Shown here one piece after another: positions 1-6,284 of a DNA stretch of 6,954 nucleotides; the stretch's first letter is position 1, and every line of letters starts with the position of its first letter. The DNA comes from Octopus sinensis (taxonomy: Eukaryota), in NCBI RefSeq assembly GCF_006345805.1, contig NW_021828984.1:1-6954 (forward strand), given 5' to 3'. The notes under the pieces were generated by a model. The model worked only from the letters and a program-made list of their open reading frames with translations. It had not been told where the DNA came from and ran no database searches. A program made the translations under genes and the position numbers.

Positions 1-355
1 TGTAAGGCATTTAATTAACTATTAAGCGTTGATAATATACATGCTTCGAATAAACCGCAGTTTTACGATTTCATTATCGCAATTTCTAAATCCATTTAAC
101 GGAGTGATTGGTAATGCTTGCATGTATAGAATGTGATTATTTGATTTAAGGTTTATAACAGGATTTCATAGAAAAAATAATATGACAACGATAAGGTATT
201 ATATGCTGAACAATTATGTTGATATAAGTTGCTTGTTGTCTTCTTGTTGTTGATAATTCAAACTTATATAGGTAATAGTTGTAAGTGGTCGTTCATCGAA
301 GTGAGAAGGATTACTAAATACAGTAGGAATATGTTTTAGTACACGAACACATAAA

Positions 356-683
356 TGTGTGGTGAAGCGCTTGCTTTCCAATCAAATAGTTCTTGGTTCA
401 ATTCCAGGTTCAGTCACACCGCGTGGCATCTTTGACAGGTGTCTCCTTCTATAGCCACCCAATGATTTTTTTAATGACTGTGTGTCTGTGTTTATTCGCC
501 ACCCTTGTTTGACGACCGGTGTTGGTTTATCCATGTCCCTATAAGTGAATGGTTTGTCAAAAGAGACCGATAGAAAAGATATCAAACTAAAAAATATAGT
601 AATAGGTTTGAGATTTTCGACTGAAATATTTCCAAGTCCCTGTCACATCATGGCTGCAGTGTAATGACAGACAGCAGTGAAAG
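356..683 (+). mobile_element. Old, diverged tRNA-derived SINE (family A), central microsatellite region missing
   Basis: B-box-like GGTTCAATTCC at ~396-406, followed by a second GGTTCAGTC. Collinear inverted homology to 1601-1982: AAAAGAGACCGATAGAA (559-575) is the exact reverse complement of 1721-1737, CATGGCTGCAGT (649-660) of 1644-1655, and GCGTGGCATCTT..GTCT..CTATAG matches ~1887-1930. Confidence 0.85.
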
Positions 684-703
684 TTACATGTTAGATGAAT
701 ATA

Positions 704-738
704 ATCACACACCACGCACACACACCACACACAACACA

Positions 739-769
<31 letters not shown>

Positions 770-780
770 ATATATATATC
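704..780. repeat. (CA)n then (TA)n compound microsatellite
   Basis: Directly visible imperfect CA run followed by TA run. Confidence 0.95.
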
Positions 781-939
781 TTATATTAATTAGAGATAAA
801 ACCACTATTAGGCAAATCATACATTGAAAACTTAAGCAAATACATAAGATTAATTAATTTATATTATTTAAATATATATCACATTATTAAAAAATTGTAT
901 GATTTGCCTAATAGTGGTTTTATCTCTAATTTAATATAA
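781..939. repeat. Foldback inverted repeat (43/44-bp arms, 72-bp AT-rich spacer); MITE-like or two inverted truncated copies of a repeat
   Basis: TTATATTAATTAGAGATAAAACCACTATTAGGCAAATCATACA (781-823) is the reverse complement of 896-939 apart from one extra base in the right arm. Confidence 0.85.
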
Positions 940-1018
940 TATAATATTTTACTATAAAATTGGATTCAATCCTAAATCTGATTTTACCTGTAAGTTGGGA
1001 TTTATTCCCTAATATTTT

Positions 1019-1054
1019 ATTATATATATATATATTATATATATGTATATATAT
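1019..1054. repeat. (TA)n microsatellite
   Basis: Directly visible, imperfect. Confidence 0.95.
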
Positions 1055-1237
1055 AAGAAGAAATGGGGTATAAAACCGGATAGTTTTATATTTACAGATA
1101 TATATTAGTATGTTACATATTTTTATACATCATATATCATATAATAGCGCTTTCGTCCATTTTAATGGAGTCTTCAAATTGAACTAAGTTTTTGCAGGAA
1201 TTATGACTCTTTCAATGAGTCAAACTTCCTGCAAACA

Positions 1238-1584
1238 CGACACTGCATAGTGCCAAAGGTCCCACAATGCCATCAGACTTCAGGACTAGTTACTGCAACA
1301 GCCTGGGTTTCAAGGGCCCCACAGATTTTTAATATTCTCCCAAAGAGTCTGAGGCACTTGCACAAAGTAGATGTAGGGGTTTTTTAATCAAAGCTGGACC
1401 TCTTCCTGTCGAGAGTCCCAGATGAGCCTACCTCACGGCAAGAGGTGCAAATGAGAGTAGTATATATGCAACTCCAGGCTTCACCAAGTGCCACATATTA
1501 GAGAAGGCCCCTAGTAGTAACAGTGTAGCACGAAACGGTGGTGCACCAGCATGGCCGCAGCTCTGAGCTGAAACTAGAAGAAAA
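1238..1584 (+). mobile_element. 5'-truncated, inactivated 3' end of a CR1/L2-group non-LTR retrotransposon (ORF2 C-terminus plus 3' UTR)
   Basis: Joining frames gives RHCIVPKV / TMPSDFRTSYCNSLGFKG / PQIFNILPKSLRHLHKVDVGVF*SKLDLFLSRVPDEPTSRQEVQMRVVYM / NSRLHQVPHIREGP*. This fits the post-RT motif GPxxFNxLP..LR...FKxxLDxFL..VPDEP of CR1/L2-group ORF2. Three frameshifts (~1262, ~1319, ~1469), a premature TAA at 1385-1387, terminal TAGTAGTAA at 1512-1520, then a short 3' UTR ending in an A-rich tail and (TA)n. Not in the ORF track because it is fragmented. Confidence 0.85.
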
Positions 1585-1600
1585 TATATATATATATATA

Positions 1601-1810
1601 TTCTTTTCTTTCTTTTCCCTCTTTTACTTGTTTCAGTCATTTGACTGCAGCCATGCTGTAGCACCGCCTTTAGTGGAGCAAATCGACCCCGGGACTTATT
1701 CTTTGTAAGCCTAGTACTTATTCTATCGGTCTCTTTTGCGGAACCGCTAAATGACGGGAACTTAAATACACCAGCATCGGTTGTCAAGTAGTGCAACGGG
1801 GACAATCACA

Positions 1811-1858
<48 letters not shown>

Positions 1859-1982
1859 GACGGGCTTCTTTCAGTTTCCATGTGGTCGGCCCAGGTCTAT
1901 AGTAGAAGACATTTGCCCAAGATGCCACGCAATGGAATTGAACCCGGAACCATGTGCTTGGTAAGCAAACTACTCCTGCGCC
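1601..1982 (-). mobile_element. tRNA-derived SINE (family A) with internal (TA)n/(CA)n microsatellite and LINE-like 3' tail
   Basis: Minus strand begins GGCGCAGGAGTAG and contains B-box GGGTTCAATTCC (rc of ~1934-1945). Internal (TA)n at ~1819-1857. The 3' tail GGCGGTGCTACAGCATGGCTGCAG..CTGAAAC is followed by an A/G-rich tail. Homologous to 356-683. Confidence 0.9.
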
Positions 1983-1999
1983 TTACATATATATATATA

Positions 2000-2493
2000 T
2001 CTTTATATATAAAAGTAAGGTTGTGTATCTGTCTCCTACGATTTAGATTCCTAACTACTCGCACATTTTGCGGTGCAGTTTAACCAAAACCGGGTATCTT
2101 ATAATGGTGATTCATATCGAGCCCTTCTGGGTATTAGCGCGCGTCTACGAAGAGTCTACGATTTAAAAAAAAATTAGCATCATTTTTTTCCATTTGAATG
2201 CATTTTTTCGCTATTATATAAGGGAACTAACTCTCTAAAAATGTCTACGATGAGTCAACGATTAAAAAAAAATTTAGCATAATTTTTTTCCATTTTAATG
2301 CATTTTTTTTTGCTATTTTTGGCTATAACTCTTAAAAATGCTATATAGTTACCCTTACAAACCAAAATTACCATCATTTTGTTTTTATTTTAATGCATTA
2401 TTTTGATATTTTTTTGACTATAACTCTTTTAAAATGTCTTTATATTTAGTTATTTCCCTTCAAATCCGAGCTACGCCGGTCGATGTTTGCTAT
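2000..2493 (+). mobile_element. Non-autonomous Helitron-like element (~494 bp)
   Basis: 5' end TC (A|TCTTTATATATAAAAG at 2000). Subterminal GC hairpin CCGAGCTACGCCGG (2466-2479) lies 10 nt before CTAT (2490-2493), a one-base variant of the canonical CTRR end, followed by T. No TSD or TIRs, AT-rich body, no ORF. Confidence 0.7.
2144..2460 (+). repeat. Internal tandem subrepeats (~100-bp period, two clear copies plus one degenerate) inside the Helitron-like element
   Basis: TCTACGA-GAGTC-ACGATT(A)n..TAGCAT..TTTTTCCATTT.AATGCATTTT starts at 2144 and again at 2244. A third degenerate copy (AAATTACCATCATTTT..TAATGCATT..CTATAACTCT) lies at ~2365-2440. Confidence 0.85.
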
Positions 2494-2495
2494 TT

Positions 2496-2499
2496 TATA

Positions 2500-2532
<33 letters not shown>
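2496..2532. repeat. (TA)n microsatellite
   Basis: Directly visible. Confidence 0.95.
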
Positions 2533-2535
<3 letters not shown>

Positions 2536-2897
2536 CATAAAAAGACTCCACTAAGCCGTATTTGTCGCAGTGAGAGCTGCCACAGTTTGCTAAATTGAGG
2601 ACGATGACGACGATGACGATGTTAAGAATATTCGAGATGGTGAGAGCAATAGCATTAACTTATAGAATTCTGAAAAATGAAACACGTCATCATATAATGC
2701 TTATGTTTCCATTAACGACGCCGTTGATCAAAGTTTTATGTTATTTGCCGAACATAATTATGATCGACTAAGATTACGTCTACCGAATAAGATAACACCA
2801 TTGTTTCCTCAAACAAACTGAAATCAATAAACGTATTACAGCCATTGAAAACTTGCACATATTAAAACAACTTTCGATTCGCAGCCAAACATTTCGA

Positions 2898-2996
2898 CAC
2901 CTGAGCCTTGACATTTTCGCTAAGATATTCCCATTACACAGAGTGACCTCCTATAATATATCACCTGCGTCACCTGTCTAACTTAGGAAACACCTG
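2898..2996. promoter_or_regulatory. Cluster of four same-orientation CACCTG (CAGGTG) E-boxes; candidate enhancer or silencer
   Basis: CACCTG at 2898, 2962, 2971 and 2991 in otherwise unique AT-rich DNA. Function is inferred only. Confidence 0.3.
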
Positions 2997-3017
2997 CCCA
3001 GTCTAGTTGAATACCAT

Positions 3018-3058
3018 TATATATATATATATGTGTGTGTGTGTATGTGTGAGTGTAC

Positions 3059-3104
<46 letters not shown>
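3018..3104. repeat. (TA)n-(TG)n compound microsatellite
   Basis: Directly visible. Confidence 0.97.
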
Positions 3105-3106
<2 letters not shown>

Positions 3107-3192
3107 CTTCCCAATCGTTCAAGTTAAAGAAAAGTGAATTCTTGAGGACGGAATGTATATAGATGCAAGCATACTTATATATATATATATAT

Positions 3193-3326
3193 ATCAGCCG
3201 AAATTACTACGATGATCCGGTTCTTGACTGAAGACTGAGGGTTTCGAATGTCCTGTCCGTGTTTATTGTATCATCTTCTAAGAGTTATACGTTCTTGTCC
3301 ATGTTGTATTTTTCTACATACCTTAA
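3193..3326 (+). repeat. Direct repeat copy 1
   Basis: ATCAGCCGAAATTACTACGATGATCC...TTTCTACATACCTTAA, matching 4065-4196. Confidence 0.97.
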
Positions 3327-3395
3327 CATATATTCCAGGCGCCACGTACCCTCTTAACATTAATGTGAGCACATATTCTTAATAACTGGTACGAC

Positions 3396-3695
3396 TCTTT
3401 GTTTGTCTCTCTCTCTCTCTCACTTTTACTTGATCTGTCCTTCTCTCTCTACTCATCCTCTTTTTTCTCTTCTTTTTCTCTTTCTTTCCTCTGATTCTTT
3501 GGTCTAATCTTCCACTACCCTCCTATTTCTTTGTCTCGCTCTGCACTCACAGGTCGCTCTTCGACCCCATCCCTTCTCCTCTCTGATTCCTTCTTTCTCT
3601 CTCTTCTCGCTCTTTGTCGCGTTTGTCCCTCCTCTCTCTCTCTCCTCTCTCTCTCTCTTCCGTTGCTTCTCTTTCTTTTCTTTTCTCTCTTCTCT
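3396..3695 (+). repeat. Degenerate (CT)n / pyrimidine-rich tract
   Basis: About 300 bp dominated by C/T on the + strand; source of the E/R-rich minus-strand ORF 3515-3754. Confidence 0.9.
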
Positions 3696-4064
3696 GTCAC
3701 GTGACTCCTGGCCGAAATCTGCCTTTCAGCTTCTGACCAGCGTCGTGTTAACATCGTTGTTTTTCGTCCGCCGCTATAGGCATCGCCGATAAGGCTCCTT
3801 TCCTTGCGCCAGAGAAAAAATTTGTTTGCTTGTTATCAGTCGTAAGACACTGTTGTTGTTGTTTCACCGTTAATGGCTTCTTTATTCATGTTTCTGTATT
3901 CCATTATTTTTTTTGTTTTTTTTATATTCGTCCCTTTTTGCTGTCCTGGTGTCCGTATGCATTCGATCCTTCTTCCAGGAAATCTACGCTCCTAGCTTAG
4001 TTTTTCTAATGCTCGTTGCTTAGTTTTCTTGGAGGGCTGGCCGTGATCTAGTATCTCAAGATTA

Positions 4065-4192
4065 ATCAGCCGAAATTACTACGATGATCCGGGTTTGACT
4101 GAAGACTGAGGGTTTCGAATGTCCTGTCCGTGTTTATTGTATCGTCTTCTTGAGTTATACGTTCTTGTCCATGTTGTATTTTTCTACATACC

Positions 4193-4196
<4 letters not shown>
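4065..4196 (+). repeat. Direct repeat copy 2
   Basis: Matches 3193-3326 with a few substitutions and two 1-nt indels. Confidence 0.97.
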
Positions 4197-4234
<38 letters not shown>

Positions 4235-4266
4235 TATATAGTATATATATTTATATATATGTTATA

Positions 4267-4310
<44 letters not shown>
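4197..4310. repeat. Long imperfect (TA)n microsatellite
   Basis: Directly visible. Confidence 0.97.
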
Positions 4311-4314
<4 letters not shown>

Positions 4315-4454
4315 ATCCAAACATGTGTGCGTGAAACTGTGTTTGTGTATGGATTCGTATTCTCTTTGTAACGCCTGAAAGTGGGTTATACGTGTCGCGC
4401 ATCTTTTAAAGATCCAGAGAAGAGATATATGAGTGTGTGTGGCGGTGTATAGTG

Positions 4455-4492
4455 TATTATATATTTATCTATAATATGTATATTATATATAT

Positions 4493-4528
<36 letters not shown>
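4455..4528. repeat. (TA)n microsatellite
   Basis: Directly visible. Confidence 0.95.
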
Positions 4529-4530
<2 letters not shown>

Positions 4531-4614
4531 CTGTATAATAATGTGATACCAAAATAATATTTATTCCCTGTTTTGAACGATATTATAAAGAAATGTCGAA
4601 ATAACGATGAACTA

Positions 4615-4667
4615 ACCCAAGGCAGAATCGAACCCTTGCACACCTGATTGGCCAAACGCTCACCCAT
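4615..4667 (-). mobile_element. Possible tRNA-derived SINE head remnant
   Basis: Minus strand reads GGGTGAGCGTTTGGCCAATCAGGTGTGCAAGGGTTCGATTCTGCC: B-box GGTTCGATTC with a D-arm-like GGTGAGCG about 30 nt upstream. No full cloverleaf. Confidence 0.35.
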
Positions 4668-5062
4668 CAATTTCAAACATGAATACACTTAAACTGCCTA
4701 ACACTATTTATAACATCTGGTAAGAAACACGAAAGCTATTCTAAGTGACGGAGAGAAAGCTACTATGGAAGACTCGTAGCATCTTGCAAAGCCTTTCCGA
4801 TTTCTTCAAGTGTTAAAGTCTGTGGCTGATATGAAACCTTTGGCTCACTATTTATGAACCGTGTACAGGTAGCTTAAATATCTTGCTGTTCCTTGCTTCC
4901 TCTGTTAATCTGTCGCAAAATATCACAACTCTTAACATTTCTTCTCCACAGTAATACGTATTATTCTTCATAAATATCTCATTAGGATCGAAAATGTTCC
5001 TGAAATACAAAACCTGTACTACTTGACATTACCATCTTTGTGGTTATTTTTAATCGTTGTTG

Positions 5063-5170
5063 CTCTTCTTCTTCCTCTACTTCTTCTTCTTTTTTTCTTC
5101 TTCTTCTTTTTCTTCTTCTCCTTTTTCTTCTTCTTCTTCTCCTTTTTCTTCTTCTTCTTCTCCTTTTTCT

Positions 5171-5202
<32 letters not shown>

Positions 5203-5375
5203 TTCTTCTTCTTCTTCTTCTTCTCGTTCTCTCTCTCTTCTTCTTCTTCTTCGTTCTTCTTTTTTCTTTTCTTCTTTCTTTCTCTTCACTTGCTTCTCCT
5301 TTCTTCTTCTTCTTCTTCTTCTTCTTCTTTTTCTTCTTCTTTGTCTTCTTCTTCTTCTTCTTCTTGTCTTCTTCC
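5063..5375. repeat. Long imperfect (TTC)n / (GAA)n tract
   Basis: Directly visible. Includes about three copies of a 21-bp higher-order unit TTCTTCTTCTTCTCCTTTTTC at ~5107-5170. Confidence 0.97.
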
Positions 5376-5434
5376 ACTACTTCTAAATATTCTTACTTCC
5401 TCGTACTAAATTCTTCTTATTAGTATTAACAGAA

Positions 5435-5480
5435 ATTATTATTATTATAATCATCATCATCATCATTATTATTATTATTA

Positions 5481-5513
<33 letters not shown>

Positions 5514-5586
5514 CATTATTATTATAATCATCATCATTATTATTATTTTTATTATTATTTTTATTATTATTATTATATTATTATTA

Positions 5587-5626
<40 letters not shown>

Positions 5627-5734
5627 CATTATTATTATTGTACTTGTTGTTTTTGTCATTGTTTTCGTTGTCATTATTGTTGTTCTTGTCATTTTCACTA
5701 TTAATATTATTATTATTATTATCATCATCATTAC

Positions 5735-5770
<36 letters not shown>
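5435..5770. repeat. (ATT)n tract with ATC and GTT/GTC variant blocks
   Basis: Directly visible triplet repeat; the GTT/GTC-rich block is at ~5640-5695. Confidence 0.97.
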
Positions 5771-5771
<1 letters not shown>

Positions 5772-5931
5772 CTTTCTAATTGAACAACTTCACGCATTCG
5801 CTGGAAGTGTTTTGCAGTAATTTTTACTTGACATATATTCTGTCTGTGATGGATGTCAGGAAGAGGGAATTTTGGTGCATTCAAAACTCCTCACAAAAAC
5901 TAAAATAGAATAATACCATAAAAGAAATGAA

Positions 5932-5932
<1 letters not shown>

Positions 5933-5965
<33 letters not shown>
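5933..5965. repeat. (AAT)n microsatellite
   Basis: Directly visible. Confidence 0.95.
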
Positions 5966-5968
<3 letters not shown>

Positions 5969-6284
5969 GCTAAATAATACTCTAATAGGTGACAATGAGT
6001 CATTTACCGAACGAGCAAATCACCACCTTTCATTCGTTCTTCCATTCGAAGTCAATAAATTTGTATTTAGGTCAGGGAAGAAGAAATTATATATTCAGTG
6101 ATGGCATGTTTTAAAAAGTAGAACTAGCAATTTAACAGAGTAATTTGACGGGTTTTCAGTTAATCAGGAATTTATTCTTAAATACAATGTACACTTCTAA
6201 TCAGCTACCGATTAGGGTCTGGCTTTGAGACAGCTCTGTGAAACACCATGCTCGCGTGCGAAAATTTACATGTTTTTTTATCGC

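Larger units (their letters stand above)
3193..4196. mobile_element. ~1-kb non-coding element bounded by ~133-bp direct repeats and flanked by (TA)n; candidate non-autonomous Penelope-like (pseudo-LTR) retroelement
   Basis: Direct repeats 3193-3326 and 4065-4196 (about 95% identical, offset 872 bp). (TA)n lies immediately outside both ends. No TG..CA termini, no PBS, no ORF. The class assignment is inference. Confidence 0.55.

Noticed and set aside
1-355. AT-rich leading segment
   Set aside because: No ORF, repeat or motif that I can support.
382-2083. ORFs 382-585, 587-820, 1428-1805 and 1781-2083
   Set aside because: They run through SINE copies, the antisense LINE tail and CA/TA microsatellites (YIYI, VCVC runs). 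The similarity between 382-585 and 1781-2083 (RRHLxKMPRxxxEPG) just reflects two copies of the same SINE.
2597-2645. Acidic peptide EDDDDDDVKNIRDG followed by a GTGAG donor-like site (possible exon)
   Set aside because: An in-frame TAA lies just upstream with no suitable acceptor in between; better explained as a short GAC/GAT repeat.
3193-4196. Classical LTR retrotransposon or TRIM
   Set aside because: The repeats lack TG..CA ends, and I see no tRNA primer-binding site or adjacent polypurine tract inside either repeat. A TSD cannot be assessed within (TA)n.
4615-4667. Functional tRNA gene
   Set aside because: Only B-box and partial D-arm resemblance; no acceptor or anticodon stems can be formed.
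3515-4688. ORFs 3515-3754 (-) and 4386-4688 (-)
   Set aside because: Driven by (GA)n and (TA)n repeats; no recognisable domain.
4863-4951. Donor-like CAG|GTAGCT (4869) and a good acceptor (TTAAC branch, polypyrimidine tract, CACAG at 4951)
   Set aside because: Upstream frames are all interrupted by stops, and the only open downstream frame runs into the TTC microsatellite. A non-coding exon cannot be excluded without RNA-seq.
4982-5423. Five overlapping ORFs (K/R/E-rich or L/F/S-rich, 70-131 aa)
   Set aside because: They are translations of the (TTC)n tract, which lacks stops in most frames; there is no complex sequence.
5573-5884. Poly-I and poly-L ORFs (5573-5884 -, 5638-5820 +)
   Set aside because: Products of the (ATT)n microsatellite.
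1216-6002. Three AP-1 sites (TGAGTCA at 1216, 2251 and 5996)
   Set aside because: Widely dispersed, one lies inside a repeat unit, and the count is compatible with chance in AT-rich DNA.
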